Assembly: GCA_031416315.1 (NCBI GenBank)
Contig: JANOTL010000098.1
Coordinates: 29,857 to 93,856, forward strand
DNA from: Pseudomonadota bacterium
GTDB taxonomy: Bacteria; Bdellovibrionota_B; Oligoflexia; Oligoflexales; CAIYRB01
Direction of reading: 5' to 3'
Length of the DNA: 64,000 nucleotides
Shown here: positions 46,366 through 57,500 of the stretch, piece after piece
Layout: each line of letters opens with the position of its first letter
Numbering within the stretch: the stretch's first letter is position 1
Program-made: the position numbers and the translations under genes
The notes under the pieces: generated by a model
Database searches by the model: none
The model's input: only the letters and a program-made list of their open reading frames with translations
Told to the model about the DNA's origin: nothing

Positions 46366-48306
46366 TTACGGCGTAACGGTGAACCCCTGCCGCCCAATCA
46401 CCTCACACTGCCCCGGCGACCAACCATAGTACATCCGCACCTCGTACTCGCCAGGCGGCAGGCCGCCGTACCACTGCGTGCCTTCCGTGCCCGACGACCA
46501 CTGCCAGGAGCACCAGCTCTTGTCGGTCTGCGCCTTCGGCACGATCGTGATCCAGTCGCCGGAGAGGCCCGGCATGTTCGAGTACTGGACCTTGATCGCT
46601 TCGGCGGAGGCGAAGCTCGCCTTCTCCAGAGTGACGGTGGCCTTGAATTTGCCTGGCTGGTCGCCTTGGACCGCGCAGTAGTCGGCGATCGTGCAGGACG
46701 AGAGCGGCGGGTAGGTGATCACGTTCTCAGGCGTCGACGGCGGGTTCAGGAGCTTCGCGCAGCCGGCCGGGCCGAATGCGCCGATCGTCTTCCATTCGCC
46801 CGAGGTGGTCATCGCGACCTGGTTCGGGATCTGCTTCACGTTCTTCTTGCCGCCGACAGTGGAGACCATCGTGACGTCGACTTTGACGTTCACCGGCTGC
46901 GAGCCGGAATAGTAGTTCACCTGGACCATGTAGCAGAAGTTGTCGACGTCGAGGACGGTCGATGCCTCGCCGTTGTTCTCGGGGCCGTACGCGTAGGTGT
47001 TGTCGACGTCCAGGGAGAGCGTCGTGCCTTGGCGCTGTGTGTAGGCGGCTTTGTCGACGACCGCGGCGCCGATCATGTCACCCGTGGTGGCGGCGGCGAT
47101 TTGCGCGGCGTTGTACTTGGTGACGTGAAGGTCGATGTCGACTTCCTTGTCCCAGGAGAGCGTGGCGAGGAAGGGACGCTCGGGGACGGCGCTGGCGCAG
47201 ACGCGCTCACCGACCGTGAGCACTTCGCTAGGTTGGTCGACGGCGGTCGGGGCGTCGCCTTCTTTCGCCTGCGTCGCGGTCTTGGCGAGGAACATCTTGT
47301 AAAAAGGGCCCGGAGGAACGAGCTGGTAGCTGATCGTCGTGCCGTTCGTCTTCACCGGATAGACGCGCGTGGTCGAGGCGGAGTTCGTGCCCTCGCAGCC
47401 AGCGACGAAGGTAGAGTCAAAGCCCTTCTGGATGACGAGGTAGACGGGGCCGTCTTGCGGCGCCGCGAGTTCGGCGCTCAGCTCGAGAAAGCGCTCGGGC
47501 TCGACGAGCGGCGCGGTCTTGGTCTCGAGCGGGCCGCCGGTGCCGATGAAGCCGTCTTTGAAGGTGAGCTTCACGCTCTTCCAGAAGGCGGTCGCGGGTG
47601 CTGCGGGCGGCACGATGTTGCCCGGGGGCAGCGGCGTCGTATCGGTCGGGGTCGGCTCGGGCTGCACGACTTCGACCGGCGCGGTGGTCGGCGCGGCGGG
47701 CGGGGTGACGACGGCGGGCGGCATCGGCGTCGCGGCCGGCGTCGCAGCGGGCGGGACCGGGCCGCCGGAGAGCTGGATCTTGTCGTTCACCTGCGCCGGC
47801 TTCAGATCCTTGCCGATGAGCGAGTCGACGGTGAGCTCGCCCGTGTCCGGATCGATGCCCCAAAAGTGCGGGCCGTACGCGGCGGCCGTCGTGCCGGGCT
47901 TGGCGCCGGGGCCGGAGGTGTAAACGAGGTAGACGTTGATGGGCGCTTCGGTCTTGAACTTGCCCGTGGCGTCGGTCGTCGTCTTCACGACCTCGGCGTT
48001 GGTGTCGGCGAAGGCTTGCACCTTGTCGAGCTTCACGCGGACCTGATCCTTCTTGCCGCCCTTGCCGTCCGGGATCTTCTTGTACTCGACGAGCGACTTC
48101 AGCGTCTCGATCGAGGCGAGCGGAATCAAGGCGACGTTGGCGTTCGCGACCGGCTCGGTGGTACCGGCGCGCAGCACGGTTCCGCTGAACTCCATCTTCA
48201 CGCCGGCGGCTTCTTTGAGCTTGTCTTTCGCGGCGTCGCAGCCGACGCCCATGGCGAGGCAAGCGGCGAGGGTCCCGGTGCGAATCCAGTGCAGGGGCCG
48301 AGTCAT
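46366..48306 (-). CDS. Lipoprotein with Pro-rich linker and YfaP/DUF2135-like domain
   Basis: Lipobox GVGC; LSWD...DIDLHV...LDVDNT...GPEN...Y.V.VNYY; C-terminal Ig-like domain. Confidence 0.75.
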   Translation of the reverse strand: MTRPLHWIRTGTLAACLAMGVGCDAAKDKLKEAAGVKMEFSGTVLRAGTTEPVANANVALIPLASIETLKSLVEYKKIPDGKGGKKDQVRVKLDKVQAFADTNAEVVKTTTDATGKFKTEAPINVYLVYTSGPGAKPGTTAAAYGPHFWGIDPDTGELTVDSLIGKDLKPAQVNDKIQLSGGPVPPAATPAATPMPPAVVTPPAAPTTAPVEVVQPEPTPTDTTPLPPGNIVPPAAPATAFWKSVKLTFKDGFIGTGGPLETKTAPLVEPERFLELSAELAAPQDGPVYLVIQKGFDSTFVAGCEGTNSASTTRVYPVKTNGTTISYQLVPPGPFYKMFLAKTATQAKEGDAPTAVDQPSEVLTVGERVCASAVPERPFLATLSWDKEVDIDLHVTKYNAAQIAAATTGDMIGAAVVDKAAYTQRQGTTLSLDVDNTYAYGPENNGEASTVLDVDNFCYMVQVNYYSGSQPVNVKVDVTMVSTVGGKKNVKQIPNQVAMTTSGEWKTIGAFGPAGCAKLLNPPSTPENVITYPPLSSCTIADYCAVQGDQPGKFKATVTLEKASFASAEAIKVQYSNMPGLSGDWITIVPKAQTDKSWCSWQWSSGTEGTQWYGGLPPGEYEVRMYYGWSPGQCEVIGRQGFTVTP

Positions 48307-48440
48307 CGATGGACTCCACTAATTTGTGGTGGGAATGAGTCCCTCCACCTTAGCAGGCCCGTGAATTGGCGGTCCTTGCAAAGGATCACGAAAAGCGCGT
48401 GCCTCCCGAACAGTTACGGACTCTACGATCAATTCGCGCT

Positions 48441-51065
48441 TTAAGGATCGACCGGCTCCTCGTCCGCCGGGACCTCGGGATCGGCCGCGTCGACGCCATC
48501 GATCAAGCCCTGGACCTCGAGAGCCTCGCGATAGAGCTCACGGCTAAGCAGCTCCAGACGGGTCGGGTCGTCACCGTCGATGGCGGCCTTGCGGGTCTCC
48601 AGATAGATCCGCACTGCGGCGCCGGCACCTTCGTTGAACGTGCGTGGCGTGAGGTCGAGCAGATCGTGCGACAGCAGCTTGAGCGCCTGCTGTCGCAGGG
48701 CGGAGTCGAAGTAAGCATTTGCCACGTCGACGGTGAAGCCGTCTCCGGTTTGCGTCAGGCGCACCGAGTCTTCGGCCGTCACGATGGCAGTGGCGAGCTC
48801 AGCGAGCGCGGGCCCGAGTTCGGTCGGCAGGATCGAGGGCATGAAGACGAAGTTAGTCGAGCCACCCGACGGCGGTAGACTTGGCTCGCCGGCTCCGGGG
48901 GGCGGGCCCGCGCCGAAATTGATGTCGGTGAGCGCTGCGACCACTTGGTTAAGGAGCGCCGCGTCGAGCCGGCGAAAGTAGTCGATCGAGCGCGTGCGCA
49001 TGACCGCGATGTCGGCGTCGGTGAACGCATACGCGACGCCGCTCGCATTCGTCCCGCTGCGATACTGTGGCAAGTCGATTAGGCGCTCGAACTCGGCTTG
49101 TGCGCCGAGCATGGCGTCGGAGCTGAACGAGCCGTCGTCGCGACGCTTCGGCACGAAGGGCGCGAGCACCGCCTTGACCCCGCCGAGAGCCACGAGCAAC
49201 TCTGCCTGGTGCGCCCGCTCGGCGTCGTGGAACTCGTCAATGTTGAGCGCGTCGATCACCGACATCTGGCGCAGCTTGGTGAGGAACTGGCTCGGCGAAC
49301 CTTTGGCGTCGTGCAGCAGCCGCGCGAGCTGGCGCAGCTCCGTGGCCGCGAGGGTCGAAGCATCCGAGAGCGGGTCGAGCGCGACGCGCTCGGCGCCGCG
49401 CCCTCTCGCGTTGATCGGCGCCAGCTTGCCGCGATAGAGCGCGGCGAGCCCACGGGCGGCGCTCTTGCTCAGCGTCGCCAGGTGTCCGAGCGCGACGAAG
49501 GCGGTGCGCCCCGGCGCGATGAAGCGCTCGCAGTCGATCTGGGTGTCGAACCCGGTGTCGTCGTCGGTGCAAAAGAGCCCGCCGTCGACGGCGGCCGTCG
49601 CTTTGCCGCCGTAACCCCACGCCAGCGCTTCCGTGTCATGGCGCCCTACGTAAAGGCCCGCCTTCATCTGTGCGCCGATGACCGCGTCGGCGAGCAGCGG
49701 GGCATAATCCATGACCGAGGACGAAAAGATGCCGGTCCCGGCGTCACCGGTTTTCAGGTAGGTCTCGATCTGCGCCGCGTATTCGGCGCCCGTGCCGCCG
49801 TAGCTCGCCTTGGCGGCGAAATTGTGGCGCAGCCCGAGCGTGTGGCCGATCTCGTGCGCGACGATGGTGCGGAGCAGATCGTGGGAGGCGCGGCCGAGGG
49901 CGTCCGCCGGGAGCTCGAGGAAGGCGCCGCGCAAAGCTCGCTTCTGGCCGGCGTCGAGCGCCAAATTGCAGATGCTTTGGGCGTGTCGTCCGGAGTGCGC
50001 GCTTGCGACGCTTTGTGTGTGCTCCGCGAACTCGTCCCTGCCAGTGACGAGCCAGGCGGACGGCAAGACGACGAAGCCCTGCTTGATCTCGCCCGTTAAC
50101 GGGTCGGCACGGAACTGCGCGTAAGCGAAGGACAGCGTGTCGTTCGAGATCCACTGCACCATGTTGTGTCCCGGCTCGACCGCTGCGCGCGTGTCCGGAG
50201 TGTCGTCGATGGTGATGATGTCGCGTCCCGCGACCTTGTTCCAGTACAAGATGCCTTCCTTGATCGTCTGGCGGACGTCGGCCGGGGCATTGGCGGAGAT
50301 CGTCCAGACGATCGGCTTCGTCAGGTCCCAGCGCAGAGCGTGCCGCTTCCCAAGCGCTGAGCCGTCGGAGAAGAGCGGCGGATTCATGAAATAACCGGCG
50401 CGGCGCAGGTCGAAGAGCTCAGACCCTTCTTGGGGGACGAACGCGGGATTCGCCACGTAGGGCTGCAGCGTGTAATGGAGGTGACCGATCTTTACGGCCT
50501 CACCATCCGCTTCGACCGCGGCGGAGGCCGCCGAGCTCACCGCTTGATCGACGTAGAGCGCGTCGTCCTTCACGTAGGCGGACGCGACGAAGGCGGCGCT
50601 CAGGGCGCCACCTCCCGAAGCGGCCATGGCCTCCCTGGCGAAGTTCTGGATGCCGGCATCGAAGTCGACGGAGACCATTCCGGAGTCGGAGTCTTGGGAG
50701 AGAATGGGGAACTCGGCGACGAGGTCGACGAAGGGGACGCCGAGCTTTTGCATCGGCGCCATCGCTTCGTCCCGAAGGAGGGCGACGCTGTTCGCGCGCT
50801 TTTCGAAACGCACGATCAGGCCGTCGAGGGCGTAAGGCAGAAACGAGGGCAGGGCCTCGGTGAAGGCGGGAAGCAAGAGAAACTGACGATCGAATGCCGC
50901 CTGCGCCAGGGAGAGCTGATAGCCGTCCGCAATCGGCTCGACCGTTAGGCCCGAGGCCGTCGCGGGCGGCGCCGCGTCTTCGCTCGACTCCGTACAGGCA
51001 ACGGCGGAGGCCATGGAGAAGGTGAGGGCGACGAACCCCGCGAATGCAAAACGAGGACGGCGCAT
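48441..51065 (-). CDS. Zinc-dependent metalloprotease lipoprotein (EcxA/DUF4953 metzincin-like)
   Basis: Lipobox AVAC; EGILYWN, DPLTGEI, HEIGHTLGLRHNF, SSVMDY and FCTD motifs; real start ATG 51065. Confidence 0.9.
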   Translation of the reverse strand: MRRPRFAFAGFVALTFSMASAVACTESSEDAAPPATASGLTVEPIADGYQLSLAQAAFDRQFLLLPAFTEALPSFLPYALDGLIVRFEKRANSVALLRDEAMAPMQKLGVPFVDLVAEFPILSQDSDSGMVSVDFDAGIQNFAREAMAASGGGALSAAFVASAYVKDDALYVDQAVSSAASAAVEADGEAVKIGHLHYTLQPYVANPAFVPQEGSELFDLRRAGYFMNPPLFSDGSALGKRHALRWDLTKPIVWTISANAPADVRQTIKEGILYWNKVAGRDIITIDDTPDTRAAVEPGHNMVQWISNDTLSFAYAQFRADPLTGEIKQGFVVLPSAWLVTGRDEFAEHTQSVASAHSGRHAQSICNLALDAGQKRALRGAFLELPADALGRASHDLLRTIVAHEIGHTLGLRHNFAAKASYGGTGAEYAAQIETYLKTGDAGTGIFSSSVMDYAPLLADAVIGAQMKAGLYVGRHDTEALAWGYGGKATAAVDGGLFCTDDDTGFDTQIDCERFIAPGRTAFVALGHLATLSKSAARGLAALYRGKLAPINARGRGAERVALDPLSDASTLAATELRQLARLLHDAKGSPSQFLTKLRQMSVIDALNIDEFHDAERAHQAELLVALGGVKAVLAPFVPKRRDDGSFSSDAMLGAQAEFERLIDLPQYRSGTNASGVAYAFTDADIAVMRTRSIDYFRRLDAALLNQVVAALTDINFGAGPPPGAGEPSLPPSGGSTNFVFMPSILPTELGPALAELATAIVTAEDSVRLTQTGDGFTVDVANAYFDSALRQQALKLLSHDLLDLTPRTFNEGAGAAVRIYLETRKAAIDGDDPTRLELLSRELYREALEVQGLIDGVDAADPEVPADEEPVDP

Positions 51066-51173
51066 GGTGGCTCCGGGGTGAGGTATTTCTTTGAAATAAC
51101 AACAGTTTACTTCACTACCCTGGTCTTGGCAAACCGCTTTCGGCCGGCCCGATCCTGCATTACTATCCCGACC

Positions 51174-54100
51174 ATGACCGCAGCCCTTCAAGACCAAGAG
51201 CCGTCCGCTCTCCAGCAATATCTTCCAAAGCACAAAGTCCGCTTCGTCACGGCCACGTCGCTCTTCGACGGCCACGACGCGAGCATCAACATCATGCGTC
51301 GGCTCCTCCAAGCGCGTGGCGCCGAGGTCATCCACCTCGGCCACAACCGCTCGGCCAAGGAAGTCGTGCAGGCCGCGCTTCAAGAGGACGTGCAAGCCGT
51401 CGCGCTGTCGTCCTACCAGGGCGGCCACATGGAGTACTTCAAGTACATCCGTGAGCTCCTCGACGAGAACGGCGCCTCGGACGTACAGATCTTCGGCGGC
51501 GGCGGCGGCGTCATCGTGCCCCGTGAGATCGCCGAGCTGCACGGGGCCGGGATCTCGCGGATTTTTTCCCCGGAAGACGGCCAGCGCCTCGGGCTCGACG
51601 GGATCATCGGCTTCATGCTGAAGGCCGCCGACTTCACCTACGACTCCTGGAAGAAGAGGAAGGAGTTCGGCTCGACGCGCCTCGCGCGCGCCCTGACGCT
51701 CCTCGAGAACGGCGTCGCGAAAGAGGCCGAGCTCGTCCGCGAGATCCAGGATCCGAAGCGGCGTTTCCCGCTTATTCCGGTGGTCGGGATCACCGGCACC
51801 GGCGGCGCGGGCAAGAGCTCGCTCACCGACGAATTGATCATGCGCTTCCTCTGGGACTTCCCGGACATCAAGATCGGCATGCTCTGCATCGACCCGTCGA
51901 AGAAAAAGACGGGCGGCGCGCTCCTTGGCGACCGTATCCGCGTCAACTCGGCCTCCGACGACCGCGTCTTCATCCGGAGCTTCGCCACGCGCGGCTCCAA
52001 CAAGGAGATCTCCGGCGAGACGCTGTCGGCCCTGAAGTTGATGAAGAGCCAAGACTTCGACTTTCTCATCGTCGAGACCAGCGGTATCGGCCAGGGCGAC
52101 ACGGGGATCCTCGACGTCTGCGACCTCTCTCTTTACGTCATGACCTCGGAGTTCGGCGCGCAGACCCAGCTCGAGAAGATCGACATGCTCGACTTCGCCG
52201 ATCTGATCGCGGTGAACAAGTTCGAGCGCCCGCAGGCTCCCGACGCTCTACGCGACGTGCGCACGCAGCTACGGCGCACGCGCTTCAAGGGGCAGCGCGT
52301 CGCCGACGAGAATTATCCGGTGTTCGGGACCATCGCCAGCCGCTTCGCCGACGACGGCGTCAACGGCCTCTACAAGGCTTTGGCCGAGCGCCTTTCCGGC
52401 AAGGTATCCGACCGGAAGTACGAAGCAAAGCCGGTGCGCAAGTACGCGCTCGAGTCCTCGCACCGCGAGGCCTTGATTCCGGCCGATCGCACTGCCTACC
52501 TCGGCGAGATCGCGTCGGCGGTCCGCCGTTATCACGCGCAGTCGGAGGAGCAGGTGCAAGCGGCGAAGACCGCCGAGGCCCTGACCTTGACCGCTGCTTA
52601 CAAGATCCGCAAAGGAGAACACGCTGAAGCTCAAGCACTTTCGGCCGCGGCTCAATCGGAATGGGAAAAAGTCGATCCCGAAGCCCGTGACAAAGTATTC
52701 CGCTGGCCGGAGATTCGGCGCGCTTATTCTGCCGACGAATACACCTATCGCGTTCGCGGGCAAGATATCAAAGTCCAAGCGACCTTTGAGTCTCTCGCGC
52801 ATCAAAAGCTTCCGCGCGTCGCGCTTCCGGATCACGCGGGCCAAGCAGACACACTTCGTTACCTGCTGAAGGAAAACGTCCCGGGCGAATTTCCGTACAC
52901 GGCCGGCGTCTTCCCCTTCCGCCGCGAGGGCGAGGACCCGAAGCGCCAGTTCGCCGGCGAGGGCGGGCCCGGCCGCACCAACCGTCGCTTCCACTACCTG
53001 TCGAAGAACGACGACGCGAAGCGCCTGTCGACCGCTTTCGACAGCGTCACGCTTTACGGCGGCGAGCCGCACAAGCGCCCGGACATCTACGGGAAAGTCG
53101 GCGAATCCGGCGTCACGATCGCCACCCTCGACGACATGAAGCTCCTCTACAGCGGCTTCGACTTGTGCGCGACGCAGACCTCCGTCTCGATGACCATCAA
53201 CGGCCCCGCGCCGATCATCCTGGCGATGTTCCTCAACACGGCGGTCGACCAGCAGGTCGACAAGTTTCTCGCCGAGAAGAAGCGCGCGCCGACGCCCGAA
53301 GAGCATCAGAAGATCTACGACGCGACGCTCACGGTCGTCCGCGGCACGGTCCAGGCCGACATCCTGAAGGAAGATCAGGCGCAGAACACCTGCATCTTCT
53401 CCACCGAGTGCGCGCTCAAGATGATGGGCGACATCCAGCAGTACTTCATCGACAAGAAGGTGCGGAATTACTACTCGGTCTCGATCTCCGGCTACCACAT
53501 CGCCGAGGCCGGTGCGAACCCTATCAGCCAGATCGCCTTCACGCTCGCCAACGGGTTCACCTTCGTCGAGTACTATCGCGCGCGCGGCATGAGCATCGAC
53601 GACTACGCGCCGAACCTGAGCTTCTTCTTCAGTAACGGCCTCGACGCCGAATACGCCGTCCTCGGCCGCGTCGCGCGCCGCATTTGGGCGATCGCAATGC
53701 GCGACGTCTACCGGGCCTCCGAACGCTCGCAAAAGCTGAAATACCACATCCAAACGTCGGGTCGCTCGCTGCACGCGCAGGAGATCGACTTCAACGACAT
53801 CCGCACGACGCTTCAGGCTTTGCTCGCGCTCTACGACAACTGCAACTCGCTACACACGAACGCCTACGACGAAGCGATCACGACCCCGACCGAGGAGTCG
53901 GTGCGCCGCGCCATGGCGATCCAGATGATCATCAACAAGGAGTTCGGCCCGAACTTCTGCCAGAACGTGAACCAGGGCTCCTACTTCCTCGAGCAGCTCA
54001 CCGACATGGTCGAGGAAGCCGTGTTGAAGGAGTTCGAGTCGATCTCCCGCCGCGGCGGCGTGCTCGGCGCGATGGAGACGCAGTACCAGCGCTCGAAGAT

Positions 54101-54449
54101 CCAGGAAGAGTCGCTCTACTACGAGCACCTGAAGCACACCGGGGAGCTCCCGATCGTCGGCGTGAACACGTACACGAACCCGAAGCTCCTTGACCCGAGC
54201 TACGTGCGTCCCGAGATCGAGTTGATCCGCGCGAGCTACGAGGAAAAGGACGATCAGCTGGCGCGGCTCGACGCGTTCAAGGCACGTAACGCCGCCAAAC
54301 GCGACGAGGCGCTGAAGGGGCTCGCTGCGACCGTGATGGAAGGTCGCAACATCTTTGCCGAGCTGATGCATACCGTCCGGCACGCCAGTCTGGGCGAGAT
54401 CACCGACACGCTTTATCGCGTCGGTGGCCAGTACCGCCGCTCGATGTGA
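51174..54449 (+). CDS. icmF: Fused isobutyryl-CoA mutase/GTPase IcmF
   Basis: FDGHDASIN B12 motif; GTGGAGKSS MeaB GTPase; RQFAGEG, RLSTAFDSVT, GTVQADILKEDQ, GGQYRRSM. Confidence 0.95.
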   Translation: MTAALQDQEPSALQQYLPKHKVRFVTATSLFDGHDASINIMRRLLQARGAEVIHLGHNRSAKEVVQAALQEDVQAVALSSYQGGHMEYFKYIRELLDENGASDVQIFGGGGGVIVPREIAELHGAGISRIFSPEDGQRLGLDGIIGFMLKAADFTYDSWKKRKEFGSTRLARALTLLENGVAKEAELVREIQDPKRRFPLIPVVGITGTGGAGKSSLTDELIMRFLWDFPDIKIGMLCIDPSKKKTGGALLGDRIRVNSASDDRVFIRSFATRGSNKEISGETLSALKLMKSQDFDFLIVETSGIGQGDTGILDVCDLSLYVMTSEFGAQTQLEKIDMLDFADLIAVNKFERPQAPDALRDVRTQLRRTRFKGQRVADENYPVFGTIASRFADDGVNGLYKALAERLSGKVSDRKYEAKPVRKYALESSHREALIPADRTAYLGEIASAVRRYHAQSEEQVQAAKTAEALTLTAAYKIRKGEHAEAQALSAAAQSEWEKVDPEARDKVFRWPEIRRAYSADEYTYRVRGQDIKVQATFESLAHQKLPRVALPDHAGQADTLRYLLKENVPGEFPYTAGVFPFRREGEDPKRQFAGEGGPGRTNRRFHYLSKNDDAKRLSTAFDSVTLYGGEPHKRPDIYGKVGESGVTIATLDDMKLLYSGFDLCATQTSVSMTINGPAPIILAMFLNTAVDQQVDKFLAEKKRAPTPEEHQKIYDATLTVVRGTVQADILKEDQAQNTCIFSTECALKMMGDIQQYFIDKKVRNYYSVSISGYHIAEAGANPISQIAFTLANGFTFVEYYRARGMSIDDYAPNLSFFFSNGLDAEYAVLGRVARRIWAIAMRDVYRASERSQKLKYHIQTSGRSLHAQEIDFNDIRTTLQALLALYDNCNSLHTNAYDEAITTPTEESVRRAMAIQMIINKEFGPNFCQNVNQGSYFLEQLTDMVEEAVLKEFESISRRGGVLGAMETQYQRSKIQEESLYYEHLKHTGELPIVGVNTYTNPKLLDPSYVRPEIELIRASYEEKDDQLARLDAFKARNAAKRDEALKGLAATVMEGRNIFAELMHTVRHASLGEITDTLYRVGGQYRRSM

Positions 54450-54499
54450 GCCGCAAGTCACTGATCTGTAAGACTAAATACCTGTACTCTGGCAAGGAT

Positions 54500-54527
54500 T
54501 AAGCCTAGGCAGACGGCCTACCGATAG
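54500..54527 (+). promoter_or_regulatory. sigma28-type promoter upstream of the ELWxxDGT lipoprotein
   Basis: TAAG-N16-ACCGATAG. Confidence 0.5.
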
Positions 54528-54552
54528 GTCTTTAGACTTCGGAGGCTTCGCA

Positions 54553-57500
54553 ATGGCTTACATCAGACTGATGGCGCTCGTCCTCGTTTCGGGCCTGTGG
54601 GCAACGGGCTGTAGCAAGGACGAAGGCCAAGCCAAGAAAAAGTCTTCCAAGAAGGCGGTCACCGGCGCGTCCGGAGCGACGAGCGGCACGGGCACCGGCT
54701 CCGGCTCAGCGTCGGGCAGCGGGACTGGGTCCGGCACCGGCTCGGGCTCTGCGGTGGTGGCCGTGCCGGCAGCGCCCGTGCCCGAGCCGGCCGTCGAGCT
54801 TCCGCCCGTCCCGGCGCCGGGCAAGTTCCTAATCGACGACGCGCCAACCGACGTCGCGGGTTTGATCAAATTCACCGTGAAATGGGCTTCTTCTAAGAAC
54901 GCGGCGACGTACGACGTCTCCTTGGCCGACAACGAAGAGTGCACCGATGCGGTCGTCGTCGCGCTCGACGTCCCCCAAGTGGCCGACGCCCAGCAGATGA
55001 CTGTCGAGTTGCCGCCGCAGGAAGCGGGCGAGCGGCGGCTCTGCATCTTCGCGAAGAACGTGACGGGCTCGACCCCCGCGCTCACGAACGGCAAGTTCAT
55101 CATCAACTTCTCGGGCAATCAGGCGCCGACGGCGGGAGTGATCGAGATCCTCGAGGCCCCGTCGCCCTTCATCGGCGGCAACCCGTACAAGGCCCGCGTC
55201 AAAGTCACGGATTTCGCCGACCTCGAAGGCGACCCGGTCGAGCTGAAGCTCGGCGCCAACGCCTGCGACCTCACCGCCGCCTTCGACGTCGACTCCGGCG
55301 AGTACTGGCTCACCCACACCGCGATGGGCCACGAGTCCTGCGACCTCGAGCTGACCCTCGGTGACGGCAAGGTCGATTGCCCCGTTGACGTCTGCGAGAA
55401 GAAGACGCAGCACTTGGCCGCGATCGGCGTCGTCAAGGAGATCAACAAGGTCGCAAACCGCGGCGGCATGCTGCGCGGCGCCGAGAAGATCGTCTCCCTT
55501 TCGGCGACGAAGATCATCTTCCCGGTCTATACGCCTGCCGCCGGCCTCGAGCTTTGGGTCAGCACCGGTGCGAACGATAACGGCGTCCTGCTGAAGGACA
55601 TCGCGCCCGGATCGGCCTCTGGCTTTGCGGGCGGCGAGATCGTTGTGATGGGAACTAACGCCTTCTTCAGCGGGTACACATACGAAAATGGCTTCGAGCT
55701 TTGGAAGACCGACGGAACGGCCGCGGGCACAGTACTTGTGAATGACATCCAAGGCGGTGAGCCCTCGAGCCATCCACGTGACCTCTTCGCGGACGGCGCG
55801 ACCCTATATTTTACGGCGCGCGACAAGCTCAACGGTCGGGAGATATGGAAATCGAACGGCGACGCAGGCAACGCGACGCTCGTCAAAGACGTGAACGCGG
55901 GGCCGGACGATGGCGTGCAGGGCGCGGCATTCTTCGCGAAGGTCGACAACGCCGCGAACAGCGGCGTCATCTTCCGCGGCTGCGACGCCGCCGAGGGATG
56001 CGAGATCTGGAAGATCGCTAGTGACGGCTCCACTGCGGCAGCGCTGAAGAACCTGGTGCCCACGAGCCGTCTCGGCGGCAACCCCGGGGCCGCCGGCTCC
56101 CTCGGCGCCGCGGCTTACTTCTCCGTGCAGTCAGGTCCCTCGATCGGCCTTAACAAAACGGACGGCACAAACGGCGGAACGGCCGTCCACTTGGCCTCGG
56201 CGCTAAATGCGCGCGATTTCATCAAAGTCGGCACGAAGCTTTACTTCCTGGCGCAGGAGGCCGGCTCCCCGCTTTGGAAAGTTTTCCGCACAGACGGCAC
56301 CGCCGCCGCGAAGCTCATGGTGGCAGGCGTCCCCAACGCCCAAGGCCTCATGGCCGGCGACGACGAGATCTACTTTTGGGTCGGCGCCGTTGGCGGCGCT
56401 GAGCTTTGGCGCTGGGATAACGCCGCGAACGCGACGACCGCCGAGAAAATCGGCGACTTCGCCCGCATTCCATACGACTTCCTCGGCTCGAGCGCGCTCG
56501 ATGGCAGCACCATGTACTTTGCGGCCGACGGCCTCGACAAGGGCGTCGAACTCTGGCGCGTCGCATCGGACAAGACGCTGACCAACTTCGACGTCAACGG
56601 CGGCGGCGACGGCGGTCCGGCGGGCATGCTGAACGTGGACGGCGTCATCTACTTCGGCGCCGACGACGGCTCGACCGGGCGCGAGCTCCGGAAAATCGTC
56701 GCCAACGACAAGGCTCTCGTCGTCGACGCGGGCAAAGGCCCCGGCGATACGTTCCCCGCGAACCACAGCGGCGTGGCCGAAATGGTCTTGAGCCAAGCCG
56801 ACAACAAGAAGATGTATTTTACGGCCGAGGACGAAGCGCGCGGGCGCGAGCTTTGGTCGACGATCGGCACCGGGGCCAGCACGCAGATCGTTGCCGACGT
56901 CCGTACCGGCCCGTCGAGTGGCGTGCTGACCGGCTCGGTTTACGAGACGGTCGCGCTCTCCAAGACTTTGACCGTTTTCGGCGCCGACGGCATCCATGAG
57001 GGAGAAGGCGGCGAAGGAGCCGAGGTGTGGTCCACCGACAATACGTTCGAGAATACGGTTCGGATCGTCGAGCAAACGACCGGCGCGGTCGGCTCGAATC
57101 CTCGGTCCTTCCGTCGGGTGCGTAACAAGGCCTACTTCTGTTCGGACCACGGTCTCTTTCGCACCGACGGCACCACGCTCAGCCCGGTCCCGACGACGCT
57201 TCTGAAGTTCGTCGATTGCGACAAGGTCCAGATGACGGTAGCCGGTGACGTCCTCTACTTCGTCGCGGAGCACACGACGCTTGGGACGATCGTCTTCTCC
57301 CTCAGCGAGGCGGGCGATCCGTCCGCGGTGCCGGCGCCGGTTCCGCTCAGCGTCGACACGACCGGTAAGGAAGACCTGCCGCACTTCCTCGCCGCCGTCG
57401 GAAGCGCCATGTACTTCACGGCGCAAATGACCGGGCTGGGGTACGAGCTCTGGCGCAGCGACGCCGGCGCCTCTGTCAAGACGCCGACCATGGGCGACCT

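Noticed and set aside
48366..48381. TTGGCGGTCCTTGCA as a sigma54 promoter
   Set aside because: GG-to-GC spacing is 8 nt rather than 10, and it points away from the adjacent gene start
51137..51162. Additional sigma28-like matches (51137-51162 minus, 58116-58123, 31401-31408 minus, 14409-14416)
   Set aside because: Poor -35 element or wrong spacing; not counted
51066..52052. N-terminal 329 aa of the 1203-aa ORF 48441..52052
   Set aside because: Antisense shadow of icmF; the real lipoprotein starts at ATG 51065 with a signal peptide and lipobox
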